Made by a program: the position numbers and the translations under genes. Of a stretch of DNA of 64,000 bases, positions 46,101 through 54,736 are shown piece by piece. Below the pieces are notes generated by a model that saw only the letters and a list, made by a program, of their open reading frames with translations, had not been told where the DNA came from and made no database searches. This DNA is from Planctomycetia bacterium (GTDB taxonomy: Bacteria > Planctomycetota > MHYJ01 > WSZJ01): contig JADLHC010000130.1 in assembly GCA_020849035.1 (NCBI GenBank), positions 8,214 to 72,213 of the forward strand, given 5' to 3'. Each line of letters begins with the position of its first letter. Position 1 is the stretch's first letter.

Positions 46101-48741
46101 CCAGCACACGCGGCGGGACATCGATCCGTCCCTGATCCGCAGGTTCTGCGACATGTGGGGGGACACTTCCCAGGCGGACCTGCGGGCGTTGCTGGACCAG
46201 ATCGACGCGGTGCTCGAGTCCGCCGAACACCGGCCGGAGAAGAACCCGTGGGACGTCGTCGCGACGGAGGACCGCATGGCACGCGACGATGCCGCCTACG
46301 TCGCCGCCCACCCGTTCCTCGGGACGAAGTCCTTCCGCCACGCCGACGACGTCGCGCGCTCGACCTCGACAGGGGATCGCGAGGCTCGGGGAACCCCCTG
46401 GATCCAGGAGGGGCTTCCCCTCGGTCCCGGCGACCTGGCGTGGCTCGAGGGCGAGCTCAAGCGCGCCGCGAACCTGGCCGGGATCCACCGCAACGCCGCG
46501 CGTTATCCGCACCGGTTCCCGTTTCGCGGCGTGCAGCTCTGGAACGAGCCTCACTTCTACGCGACCGCCCTCGACAGCCCGAACGACCTCACGATGCTCA
46601 ACATCTGGCGGACCGGCGTGCTGAAGCCGCAGCCGAAGTGGTTCGACGAGCTGGGCTTCGGCGTCCACTACTACCTGAAAGAGCTCGTGCAGCCGGGGTT
46701 GCGCTGGTCGTTCGAGCCCGACCTGCGGCGCGAGGACGGGGCGACGCGGCTCCTGCTGCGGAAGCTGTTCCACTACGCGGGAAGCGACGCGCATGGCAGC
46801 TTCAACTTCACGACGGGCGTCGGCGCCTCGATGCTGACGGAGCCGCGTTTCGAAGCGATCTTTGCCCTGCTCGGGCACGGCCACGGCACGGAGACGCACA
46901 CGTCGCACTACGGGGCGGCGCGGGTGTACGCGGAGAAGGAGTCGCTGGACGAGGTGCTGGCGGGGCGCGTCGTGTGCACCGACGGGCCGGTGGTCTGGCC
47001 GGAGCTGGACACGGACGTGAAATTCGACTCGCTGGCGCTGCTCTGGCACGACAGCTGGCGCGCGGCGAGCCAGGGGATCAACCGGGACGGCGAGATCGGC
47101 GGCGGCGGGGACTTCGACGGCGCGCGGACGGCGCTCGCGCGTCGGGGCTGCCCGGACATGGTCCTGCGCTGGCGCGCGGCCGGCGATCGAGGGCTGCGCG
47201 GGCCGGTCCGCCGCATCGAGTGCTACCGCGTGACCGCGTCGCAGGACCGCGTCCCCCGCGCGACGCGCGGCATGCCGCTGCCGTTCCTCGAACCTGCCGT
47301 CACCGCGCCCTGCGCGGAGCACGCGGACACGCAGTTCGCGCTTCTCGGAAGCGCCCTCGGCCCGGGGGAGCCGCAGGCGCTTCTCGTGGCCGGCTACACG
47401 GCGGAGGAGGACCGGGCGCTGTTCGACGTGGAGCAGCGGCGCTGCCTGGCGAACCCGATCTGGGTATCGACGGTGAAGATCGGGGCGACGGCGGCGCCGG
47501 TGGTCGCGGACGGGAAGGCGTTCATTCCGCCGGGTGCGCTGATCGCGACGTTCCGGACGGACCATTCGGGGGCGGACGTCGGGCCGGGCGGGGCGGGGAA
47601 GGGCGCGCCGCCGGTCGTGTGGGCGAGGCAGCTGGACGTGAAGGGGGACAGCGTGCTGGGGCGGTGGCGGCTCAAGCCGGTCTGGCGCGGCGATGCCGTC
47701 GGTTACTGGGACAACGAGGAGCGGCAGATCGGCGGGAAGGTCCTGCGGGTGGCGGACTGCCTGATGACGGCCGTGAACGAGGAGCCGATTCCGCTTCGGC
47801 CGGACTGGTATCCGATCGAGGGAGTGGACACGTTCGCGATCATGTGGGAGAAGCCGCAGGACGCGTTCGGGAACGTGCTGAACGCGGTGGCGGACCTGCT
47901 CGAGGTCGCGGTCCCGGCGGGGACGGTGACGACAGGGGATCCGGGCTCCCCCGGCGATCCGGGCGTGGAGCCCGAGCCGAAGCCCGTCGAGTCCGGGCGC
48001 GGCCCGAACGGGGGACCTCCCGACACGGCGACCGTGCAGGTGCGGCCCGGGGAGACGGTGCAGTTGCCGAAGGGTGGGACCTGCGACGGGAAGAGGATTC
48101 CCCCCGGGGACTGGACGGTCCCGGATCTTCCCGCGGCCGGCGTGTCGCTCGTCGTTTCGGCCGGCGGGCAGACGCTGACGATCCTGCTCCGCGAGACGCC
48201 GTCCCCCTCTCCTGCATTCCTGGACCAGACGACCCGCGGTTTCTACGGCGCCGCGCCGACGCCCGGTCAGGGGCCCGCGACCGTGTCCCTCAAGAACCAC
48301 ACCCAGAAGACGCTCGAGGCGCCCGTTCCGGTCGTCGTGTCCGGCTCCACCTGCGTCTTCTCCGCACCGCTTGCGGAGCCCGGCGCCTGCGACGTCACCG
48401 TGATCCAGGGTGGGGCATCAAAGACAACGTCGATCGAGGCCGTCGCGCCGAGAATCGCATGGGACCAGCCGGACGCGCAGCCGGGCGAAACCCGCGTGCT
48501 CCGCGTCACGCTCGAAGGCGCGAAGTCGCCCGGCGACTGGTCGCTCTCGGGGACCGTCGAGATCGCGAACGGACAGGTGATGTCCGTCGCAGACCCCGCG
48601 CGCATCGCGCTGAAGGGGCCCGTGCTGACGCTGGACGCGCTGCCCGCCTCCGTCCGCGACATCGCGCAGGTCCAGGCGCAGCAAAGCGGGACGATGATCG
48701 CGACGGCCCGGCTGCGGGTGAGGAGGAACGCGGAGAGGTGA
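43120..48741 (+). CDS. giant (1873 aa) lipoprotein: N-terminal S8 peptidase domain + CARDB-like domains + PHP-phosphoesterase-like motifs + C-terminal Ig-like region
   Basis: Lipobox LLALFFTACGK; GGGAGG RBS; TGATG overlap with upstream S8; S8 triad VAVIDTGVD / IGHGTAVAG / GTSVACARAAGL (oxyanion position AAGI); CARDB-like VEVRNVGAAPGAGSVTF; PHP-like motifs YYDVHVHTAAEFSRD, ITTDHNCF, HYAGSDAHGSFNF. Confidence 0.8.
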   Translation: MKSSTVIACLLALFFTACGKPPVPPRPAVPQQPPQGDPPPRDPPPATPAAWAPRATPIEGDIVVAVIDTGVDATHPALKGKVLEGVSLAPVPGTTEDAIGHGTAVAGLVCADAEDDQFDGVCAKQPVKILPIKVTGDLGAEALPTAVGLAVTEAVKRGAHVVCIPMGGSFTTDALESGMALAKEKGVLVLAAAGIGTPATHDFYPAAHPWAISCTGEREARTETFAGREMQWYYRADYANWSGKTELMGPIFAKVLAPGDGYASLQGTSVACARAAGLAAKLIAANRSWSAQRVRDVLTLSGSPDYAGNAYAHCPARHVDAEILDDATKSPPKEKSDLAVLWIEPEPWPKPDQAFRARVEVRNVGAAPGAGSVTFRIASENVEVKVPISELLPGEGCTVRIPVPGLKQGKFLSEVEVFEDKAASLANNRLIAKLAVDPRDNAAGCGLVWLEGMRADSDELVLHGLASNPNDRALETAISVAVAEPDARLQLRLNPFESRWVRLPMVIGKPGGGKKGVAVVVKTVEEGESFGNVTVLLDVSRTTYSPQYADVWGLKEIIVDAPASISTARSTLPIMLFTPEIHTAQLPERFLYEDGDTGELYAGSGLWLSDVMIDLLSGPQAATHVPQPRFDPHVPTGRCLFRAHQELGSSVLSGPVTFWNRGRSARVENWCGTKVGRDQFLGWKRHDGWHAVIVVPREDVEYFAQQDYDRVRDEYFRVAVHYFSLAKHPSVTNSKRRGYDERTEEQDQELWQETVLRVTFNVDPPRLDDRGHYYDVHVHTAAEFSRDAVEPRLAFGGPPWMIARSAHAMGLIDDEDLLTVLLRVHPAGQAFAARWNLQLGEDVLITTDHNCFLSDTDEPTAAPWGGRFGGNEIGVLRESFGRCDNQELSMAKPFAATGAMHALVYGAEPMEGPWHGGRGMRGMLAAIRDTLEAVALTDRAMDYLGWHPKTKRLKPPTWVIAKLLHLLKYGAGVTEQQSAEVRDGLQECLKSVLDQHTRRDIDPSLIRRFCDMWGDTSQADLRALLDQIDAVLESAEHRPEKNPWDVVATEDRMARDDAAYVAAHPFLGTKSFRHADDVARSTSTGDREARGTPWIQEGLPLGPGDLAWLEGELKRAANLAGIHRNAARYPHRFPFRGVQLWNEPHFYATALDSPNDLTMLNIWRTGVLKPQPKWFDELGFGVHYYLKELVQPGLRWSFEPDLRREDGATRLLLRKLFHYAGSDAHGSFNFTTGVGASMLTEPRFEAIFALLGHGHGTETHTSHYGAARVYAEKESLDEVLAGRVVCTDGPVVWPELDTDVKFDSLALLWHDSWRAASQGINRDGEIGGGGDFDGARTALARRGCPDMVLRWRAAGDRGLRGPVRRIECYRVTASQDRVPRATRGMPLPFLEPAVTAPCAEHADTQFALLGSALGPGEPQALLVAGYTAEEDRALFDVEQRRCLANPIWVSTVKIGATAAPVVADGKAFIPPGALIATFRTDHSGADVGPGGAGKGAPPVVWARQLDVKGDSVLGRWRLKPVWRGDAVGYWDNEERQIGGKVLRVADCLMTAVNEEPIPLRPDWYPIEGVDTFAIMWEKPQDAFGNVLNAVADLLEVAVPAGTVTTGDPGSPGDPGVEPEPKPVESGRGPNGGPPDTATVQVRPGETVQLPKGGTCDGKRIPPGDWTVPDLPAAGVSLVVSAGGQTLTILLRETPSPSPAFLDQTTRGFYGAAPTPGQGPATVSLKNHTQKTLEAPVPVVVSGSTCVFSAPLAEPGACDVTVIQGGASKTTSIEAVAPRIAWDQPDAQPGETRVLRVTLEGAKSPGDWSLSGTVEIANGQVMSVADPARIALKGPVLTLDALPASVRDIAQVQAQQSGTMIATARLRVRRNAER

Positions 48742-49832
48742 CGTCCCGCGCTCGTTCCTTTGACGCGCGCCGCAGTTCTCCCTTTCATTCCCCCGTGAAC
48801 CGCGAACGCAAGGACGCCGTCGCCGCCGCCGCGCAGACGCTTTACGACGCGAAGCCCTGGGAGACGCTCGAGGGCGAGGATTTCTTCGGCTTCGTCCACC
48901 CGCCTACCGGCCTCCGGGCCTGCGTCTCCGTGATCGGCTCCGCCGGCCAGACCTTCGGCCTGTCGATCTGGATGGGTGACGGCGGATTCGAGCAGGCGGC
49001 GCGCTTCGTCGCCGGCGCAACCGGCCCCGACGAAATGGCCCTGTCTTCCGATCTCCTCTCGCTCACTTTCGAGCGCGGCCCCGACCCGGCCTGGCGCGGG
49101 CGCAAGGACCCGACGTTGCTCGCCCCGATCCGCGCGGGAAAGCGCACGCTGTACCCGAGCGTGTGGCGCAAGCCCGCCGGCCGCATGCAGGAGGCGCCCG
49201 ACAACGCGCACGCGCTTTTCCTCGAAGCGCTGGCCCTCGCGATCCCGCGGCTGATCGCCGCCGGGCGCATGGTCCCCGCGGGCAAGGCGGGAGCGCTTGA
49301 GATCCCCGCCTTCACACTTCCGGCGGATCCCGGCGGCGAAATCCTCGACGCGGAGCCGTGGAGGGTTTCGGAGAAGCGCCTCGAACCGGAGACGCCGGCG
49401 ATCGAGGTCCCCGAGGACGTCCGGGCACGCCTCCGGCTGCGCCGCGCGACAGGCGAAGTCGCGGTCTCTCTCGCGCTCGTCCCCATGACCGTCCAGGACG
49501 ATCCGGTCCGCCTGTTGATCGTGGCCTCGCAGGAGGGGCTGGTCCTCGACGCCTGCCCGATGCTCGGACCGTCGGCCGTCCGCGATTCGGTCCACCGCCT
49601 CCTGCGCGCCTTCTCGGGCCTCCAGGCCGGCGGCGCCGGACGCGACGTGCCTCTCCCCGAGGTGATCATCGCCGACACGCCGGACCTCCACCGCGCGATC
49701 GAGCCGGTCCTCGCCCCATTCGGGGTCACGGTGCTCTTCGAGTCGCCATTCGAGCCGCTCGACCGGATCAAGGATGCGTTCGTGGAGAAGATGCTGTCGG
49801 AGCGGCCAGGGGGGAGGATGAAGGGGAAATGA
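48738..49832 (+). CDS. hypothetical protein, translationally coupled to giant lipoprotein gene
   Basis: GTG start overlapping TGA of upstream gene (GTGA) with AGGAGG 10 nt upstream; 364 aa, no signal peptide, no family recognised. Confidence 0.5.
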   Translation: MTSRARSFDARRSSPFHSPVNRERKDAVAAAAQTLYDAKPWETLEGEDFFGFVHPPTGLRACVSVIGSAGQTFGLSIWMGDGGFEQAARFVAGATGPDEMALSSDLLSLTFERGPDPAWRGRKDPTLLAPIRAGKRTLYPSVWRKPAGRMQEAPDNAHALFLEALALAIPRLIAAGRMVPAGKAGALEIPAFTLPADPGGEILDAEPWRVSEKRLEPETPAIEVPEDVRARLRLRRATGEVAVSLALVPMTVQDDPVRLLIVASQEGLVLDACPMLGPSAVRDSVHRLLRAFSGLQAGGAGRDVPLPEVIIADTPDLHRAIEPVLAPFGVTVLFESPFEPLDRIKDAFVEKMLSERPGGRMKGK

Positions 49833-49931
49833 GCGGCCCGGGACGCATCGGACGCGGCATGCCGCGTTGACGGCACAGCGACAGCCGGTCGGCTCCTTCG
49901 TGCATCGACGGGCCTCCAGGCGGCGGCCTGC

Positions 49932-52013
49932 TCAGCCCCCAAGCTGCGCCCACGCCGCCCACACGCTGGCCGGCGCTCCGGCGGCGAGGGCGCTGCGCTG
50001 GGCGGCGGAAGCGGAGAAGCCGCCGGTGTAGTAGGCGGCCATGAAGTCCCGGAGGGTCGCGTGGTCCTCGAGCGGCCAGAGCGTGGCGACGACGGAAGCG
50101 GCGCCGGCCCTGAGGAAGGCGCGCGGGAGGCCGACCATCTCCTCGGCGCGGGTCCAGTCGCCGCGGGCGGAGTCGCAGGCGGACAGGACGGCAGCGCGCG
50201 TTCGGGAGAGGTCCAGCGCGGCGAGGTCGCTCGCCGTGAGGCGGTCGCCCTTCGCGAGCTGCAGGTGCGACAACTCGGGCCGGTCCGGGCGCCAGACCGC
50301 GTGCGTGGCGAAGTGAAGGACGTCGTGTCCCGGAGCGGCGCGCATCACGGCGTCGCGAGTGGCCGCGCCGGCCTCGAGGACCGTCAGGCGCTGTCCGAAG
50401 ACGCGCGCCACGGCCTCCCGTTCGCCCGCCGCGTTCGGGAGCGAGCCCGTCGGGTCCTCCACGAACAGGCACCGCGCGCGCTTCGCGTCGAACGCCCGCT
50501 GCCGTGACCGGAGCGTGGCGAAGACGCTGGCGGAAGGGGCGGTGACGACGTCGAGAGAAGCGGCGGCGGGGCGGCCGCGGAGGCGCAGGGCGGGGAAGGG
50601 GACGACGTGGAGGGCATCGTCAGGGACGACGACGAGGCGCGAGAGGCCGTCCAGCTCCAGGGGCGCGAGAAGCGCGTCGCCGAGGAGGGCGAAGTGCCAG
50701 TCGGCGACGGCGCTTCGGCCGGCGCGTTCTTCGCGGCGCGCGAGGGCGAGGACGCGGTTGAGGTCGTGCGCGGCCTCGAGGGCTTCGGCGGCGGGCAGGC
50801 GTACGGCGCGGAAGCTGCCGCGGGTGAAGACGAAGGCGAGGAGGTCGTCGCCCACGCGCTGGTACTGGACGAGGGCCTCCGCCGGGCGCAGCGCGGCGCG
50901 CACCTGCGCGGCGGCGAGCGGCGCGCGCGGCTGGACGCGGGCCTGCGCGAGGCGCTCCTTTTCGTAGCGGCGCAGCGCGAGGCGCTCGTCGTCCTCGAGC
51001 CGGCGGAGGCGCCCGGGGTCGCGGCCCTCGCGCTGCAGCCGCTCGATTTCCGCGCGCAGCGTCTCGAACCGCGCGCGCTCCGACGGCGCGAGGTGCGACA
51101 GGTCGCGCGGCCGCGGCGCCGCGACGAAGTCGAGAAACGCCCGCGCCCGCGCCGCTTCCGCCGCGCGGAACGCCCCCGCCCACCGCCCGGCCTCCGCTTC
51201 CAGCGCCACCCGCATCTCGTGCACGCCGTGCGCCGCGCCCGCGAACGCCGCCCGCCCCTCGTCCAGGTCCCGCCCTCCCCGCCCCTCCTCGATCGCCCGC
51301 TCCCCCCGCCTCAGCTCCCGCCGCGCCTCGTCGCGCTTCCCCAGCCCCAGCCACGCCCGCGCCCGGTACGCAAAGGCCCTCGGCCGGTTCCCGGGATCGA
51401 GCGTGAGCACCGCGCGGTAGTCGCGGAGCTCGAGATTCGCCCACGCGACGTTCACGGGGTCCTTGAGGAGGGGAAGGGCCTTTCGCGGGCGGCCCTCGCG
51501 GAGGAGCGCGATGCCGATCGTCTGGCGCGCGGTGGCGGCCGCTTTCGGATCGTCGGTGGCGCGGAGCGCGCGCTCGGCCCATCGGCGCGCCTCGGCGTGG
51601 CGGCCGAGGTAGCTGCAGCTGACGCCGCGCGTGTTCCAGACCTTGGCGCGCGCGTGGTCGTCGGGGGCGGCGGCCTCGGCCTCGTCGCAGAGGCGAAGGG
51701 CGGTCTCGTGGTCGCCGAGCATGCCGCAGGTCATGGCGACGCCGCGCAGGGCCTCCCAGAGCGCGGGGTCGCCGCCGAGGGAGCGGTAGATGGCGCAGGC
51801 GTTCTGGAACATCGCGCCGCCGGCCTCCGGGTCGCGCCGCGCGATCGTGGCATTCCAGCCCGCGAGGCGCCAGCGGTGGCCGATGTCCCGCATCACCGCG
51901 GGGTCGCGCCCCGAGAGATCGCGCGCCCGGTAGAACGCCCGCCGCGCCCCGAGCACGTCGCCGCCCGCGAGCCGCTGGTCCGCCTCCGCGAGCGTCTCCT
52001 CGACCGCGCTCAT
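49932..52013 (-). CDS. TPR + CHAT-domain (caspase-like) protease
   Basis: N-terminal TPR helices; C-terminal CHAT signature with His (DVLHFATHAVW) and Cys (AAVLSACDSARG) dyad; ATGA overlap with upstream sigma gene on minus strand. Confidence 0.8.
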   Translation of the reverse strand: MSAVEETLAEADQRLAGGDVLGARRAFYRARDLSGRDPAVMRDIGHRWRLAGWNATIARRDPEAGGAMFQNACAIYRSLGGDPALWEALRGVAMTCGMLGDHETALRLCDEAEAAAPDDHARAKVWNTRGVSCSYLGRHAEARRWAERALRATDDPKAAATARQTIGIALLREGRPRKALPLLKDPVNVAWANLELRDYRAVLTLDPGNRPRAFAYRARAWLGLGKRDEARRELRRGERAIEEGRGGRDLDEGRAAFAGAAHGVHEMRVALEAEAGRWAGAFRAAEAARARAFLDFVAAPRPRDLSHLAPSERARFETLRAEIERLQREGRDPGRLRRLEDDERLALRRYEKERLAQARVQPRAPLAAAQVRAALRPAEALVQYQRVGDDLLAFVFTRGSFRAVRLPAAEALEAAHDLNRVLALARREERAGRSAVADWHFALLGDALLAPLELDGLSRLVVVPDDALHVVPFPALRLRGRPAAASLDVVTAPSASVFATLRSRQRAFDAKRARCLFVEDPTGSLPNAAGEREAVARVFGQRLTVLEAGAATRDAVMRAAPGHDVLHFATHAVWRPDRPELSHLQLAKGDRLTASDLAALDLSRTRAAVLSACDSARGDWTRAEEMVGLPRAFLRAGAASVVATLWPLEDHATLRDFMAAYYTGGFSASAAQRSALAAGAPASVWAAWAQLGG

Positions 52014-53278
52014 GCGCGCCGGCCGCGGATCCACTGCATCGCCCGCTCGCGAACCCGGTCGCGGTCCAGCCCCTCCGCGCCCCGCGTCACGACGTCGGGG
52101 CCGCCGAGCGGCGTGGCGGGCAGCGCCTTCAGCGTCTGCGCCGGAACTTCGAGGACCTCGGCCAGCCGTTTCAGCAGCGCCGCGTCCGGTTTCAACTCGT
52201 CGGAGAGCAACCGGCGGAACTGCGACGGCGTGAGGCGCAGCGCCTTGCGCGCCGACTCGCACTCGTCGGCCGTCCGCAGCCGCGCCTGCACGAACGCTCC
52301 GAGCGTCGTGAACGCCGCCTCGAGCGGCGCCACGCCGAACGCCGCGCGCACGAGGGCGATCGTCCGCCGCGCCCGCGCGAGCAGCGGATCCTCCGCCGCA
52401 CCGCCGATGTCGAGCACCTGCGCGAGGACCTTGCCACGCCCGCGCAGCGTCGCCTGCCGGTACAGGTCGTGCGCCGCCGAGAGCAGAAGCGCCCGCGTCT
52501 CTTCCAGCCCGAGTCCCGACGCCTTCGCCGCCGCCGCCAGGTCGCCCGTCAGCCACGCGCGGTACGCCGCCCGCGCCGCGGGGTCCTTGATCTTCTCCGG
52601 GTCGAGCCGCTCAGACATGGCGGGCCCCAGCGCCGACAGCACGGCCTCGGCCTTCGTCCCGCCGCGCCGCTGCCACTCCTCGAAGAACGCGGCCGTCGCG
52701 CGCTCCTTGAGCTTGCGGATCGCGTCGGGCTTCCTGTCCGGGTAGAGGTCCTGCAGCTGCGGCCCCGAGAAGTCGAGCAGCACCATCCACACGAAGGCGA
52801 CGCGGTCGGATTCGCGAAGGGCCTTGAGCGCGGCGGTCGCGATCTCGAGGACCTCGATGAGCGTCACGTGCGCCATGGAGCCGGGCGGGATGACCGGTGC
52901 CGCGTTGCGGTCCTCGCGCGGCTCGCCGTCCTCGTCCACCGGCACGCCGACGAGCTTGACCTTGCGGCGGATCCCCGACGTCATCGCGTTCACCAGGATC
53001 CGGCACGCGTAGGTCCGGAACTGCGCCCCGCCGTCCCGCCGGTAGTCGCAGATCGCCCGGCCGAGCACGTCGCCGACGAAGTCCTCCAGCGAACCCATCG
53101 CGGTGTTCGCCAGCAGGCGCGCGATCGCTCGTGTCCTGCCGTAGACGACGCCCTTCAGGATCGGCAGGTTTCGCCGGTAGAGCTCGTCGAAGGCCGCCTT
53201 CTGCCGCACATCGCCTTGCGTCCGCGCGGCCTCCACGAGGTCCTCGTCCGGCGCCTGCGACAGGGAGAGTTCGCTCAT
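52010..53278 (-). CDS. ECF-like sigma factor with ~230-aa C-terminal extension
   Basis: Region-2-like DEDLVEAARTQGDVRQKAAFDELYRRNLPILKGVVYGRT...EDFVGDVLGRAI; region-4-like ESDRVAFVWMVLLDFSGPQLQDLYPDRKPDAIRKLKERA; long helical C-terminal tail; 422 aa. Confidence 0.7.
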   Translation of the reverse strand: MSELSLSQAPDEDLVEAARTQGDVRQKAAFDELYRRNLPILKGVVYGRTRAIARLLANTAMGSLEDFVGDVLGRAICDYRRDGGAQFRTYACRILVNAMTSGIRRKVKLVGVPVDEDGEPREDRNAAPVIPPGSMAHVTLIEVLEIATAALKALRESDRVAFVWMVLLDFSGPQLQDLYPDRKPDAIRKLKERATAAFFEEWQRRGGTKAEAVLSALGPAMSERLDPEKIKDPAARAAYRAWLTGDLAAAAKASGLGLEETRALLLSAAHDLYRQATLRGRGKVLAQVLDIGGAAEDPLLARARRTIALVRAAFGVAPLEAAFTTLGAFVQARLRTADECESARKALRLTPSQFRRLLSDELKPDAALLKRLAEVLEVPAQTLKALPATPLGGPDVVTRGAEGLDRDRVRERAMQWIRGRRA

Positions 53279-53468
53279 CGGTGCTATTCGAAGAAGGCAC
53301 GAGCGTAGCCGCGTGACGGGGCGGTTTCAAGCAAGCGGGGGGGCGGGTCGGGCTCATGGCGCTGGCACTCCGAGCGGACGGTGCGACTTACGCCGGAAAC
53401 GGGCGGGTGTGACGGGGAATCCGGATGGCGGGGGAGCGGTGTCACGGTGCGGGGGCGGTCGCGTAGGT

Positions 53469-53505
53469 GGGGTTGAGCGGTTGATGGGTTGAGGGGTTGA
53501 GGGAG
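53469..53505. repeat. single-arm copy of the 8-bp GGTTGAGG tandem repeat
   Basis: ggttgagc ggttgatg ggttgagg ggttgagg gag, in divergent promoter region between 52010-53278 (-) and 53534-54478 (+). Confidence 0.65.
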
Positions 53506-53533
53506 TGGGCCCGCGGGAACTTCGATCGGAGAG

Positions 53534-54478
53534 ATGACCATGGAACCGACGATGGACAGCCAGGACGGGGCGATCCGGAAGCTGCTGGAGACGTGCCGGC
53601 CCGGCGCGGCCCTCAGCCGGGGCAACCTGACAGTCGTGCCGCTCTTCGGGCCGCCTTGCGGGCCCGAGGTCACGCTTCTCCGCGACGCCCTCCGCGATGG
53701 CTCGGCGGAGATCACGGAAGTCGGCGAGCAGGGAAGCGTCAACCTCCTGCTCGTCCGCAATCGAGGCGACCGCCCGCTCCTCCTCCTCGACGGCGACCTC
53801 GTCGTCGGCGGCAAGCAGAACCGCGTCGTCAACGCCACCTTCCTCGTCGGCGCCCGCTCCGAGGCGCGCATCCCCGTCAGTTGCGTCGAGCACGGCCGCT
53901 GGCGCCACGAGGGGAAGCGATTCGAGGCGTCCGCGGCCTCGCTCAATCTCGGCCTGAAGTCGGCGAAGTTCGCGCGGCTGATGGAGTCGCTGAAGCGGGA
54001 CGGCCGGTACGACGCGGACCAGGGGGCGGTCTGGGACGACGTCGCGAGCTACTCGGCGCGGCGCGGGGTGGCGTCGCGGACCGACGCGCTCGCCGACGCC
54101 GTCGAGGTCTCCCTCCCCGGCGCGGAGCAGCTGGCGCAGGGCATCCGGCCCGCCGAAGGCCAGACCGGGCTCGCCGTCTTCATCAACGGCCGCTTCGCGG
54201 GCCTCGACCTGTTCGGCCGCCCTGCGGTCCTCGCGGCGGCGCACGACGCGCTTGTTCGGGCCAGCGCCCTCGAGGCGATGGACCAGGCCGGCGGGACGCG
54301 CGCCGCGCGCCGGGTGTCGGCGCGCGCCGTGCTCGGTCGCCTCGCGCGATCCGCCAAGGCCGGGCACCCTGCGCCCGGCGAGGGGACCAGCGTCCTGCTC
54401 GAGGATCGCCGTCTCGCCGGCTGCGCGCTCGTCAGCCCCGACGGTCCCGTTCACCTCGCGGCGTTCGCGGTCCGATGA
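53534..54478 (+). CDS. hypothetical protein
   Basis: 314 aa; divergent from sigma gene; no family recognised from sequence alone. Confidence 0.5.
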   Translation: MTMEPTMDSQDGAIRKLLETCRPGAALSRGNLTVVPLFGPPCGPEVTLLRDALRDGSAEITEVGEQGSVNLLLVRNRGDRPLLLLDGDLVVGGKQNRVVNATFLVGARSEARIPVSCVEHGRWRHEGKRFEASAASLNLGLKSAKFARLMESLKRDGRYDADQGAVWDDVASYSARRGVASRTDALADAVEVSLPGAEQLAQGIRPAEGQTGLAVFINGRFAGLDLFGRPAVLAAAHDALVRASALEAMDQAGGTRAARRVSARAVLGRLARSAKAGHPAPGEGTSVLLEDRRLAGCALVSPDGPVHLAAFAVR

Positions 54479-54672
54479 GCCCCGCCCGCTTCTGCCACCG
54501 CGAACGAGGCCGCGCCGGCGCGGCGTCGCGCCTCGTCCGCCACGGCCTCCGCCCGCCCGCCGGCGCCGCGGTGCGGCTCGCCTGGGGCGCGGCCGAGGTC
54601 GGGCTGCTCGTGCTCACCGTGACGGGTGCGCTCCTCGTGGCACGCGCGCTGCTGGGGAAGCGACGCTGCTGA
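54475..54672 (+). CDS. small hypothetical membrane protein (65 aa)
   Basis: ATGA start/stop overlap with upstream gene; C-terminal hydrophobic helix GLLVLTVTGALLVARALLG; weak. Confidence 0.3.
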   Translation: MSPARFCHRERGRAGAASRLVRHGLRPPAGAAVRLAWGAAEVGLLVLTVTGALLVARALLGKRRC

Positions 54673-54736
54673 ATTCCCGTCACGCCGGCCGGCTTCGTGC
54701 GAAGGAAGGAAGGCACTTCACTGGGAGGGGACGCCG

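Noticed and set aside
44752-48300. 1182-aa minus-strand ORF
   Set aside because: Antisense to the giant S8/PHP lipoprotein gene, which has a signal peptide, RBS and domain motifs.
45516-48737. N-terminal about 1070 codons of the 1438-aa plus ORF ending at 49832
   Set aside because: Only the last 364 codons (from GTG 48738, with AGGAGG RBS and a stop overlap with the upstream gene) are treated as a gene. The remainder is an alternative frame of the giant gene.
50607-52745. 712-aa plus-strand ORF
   Set aside because: Antisense to the CHAT and sigma genes.
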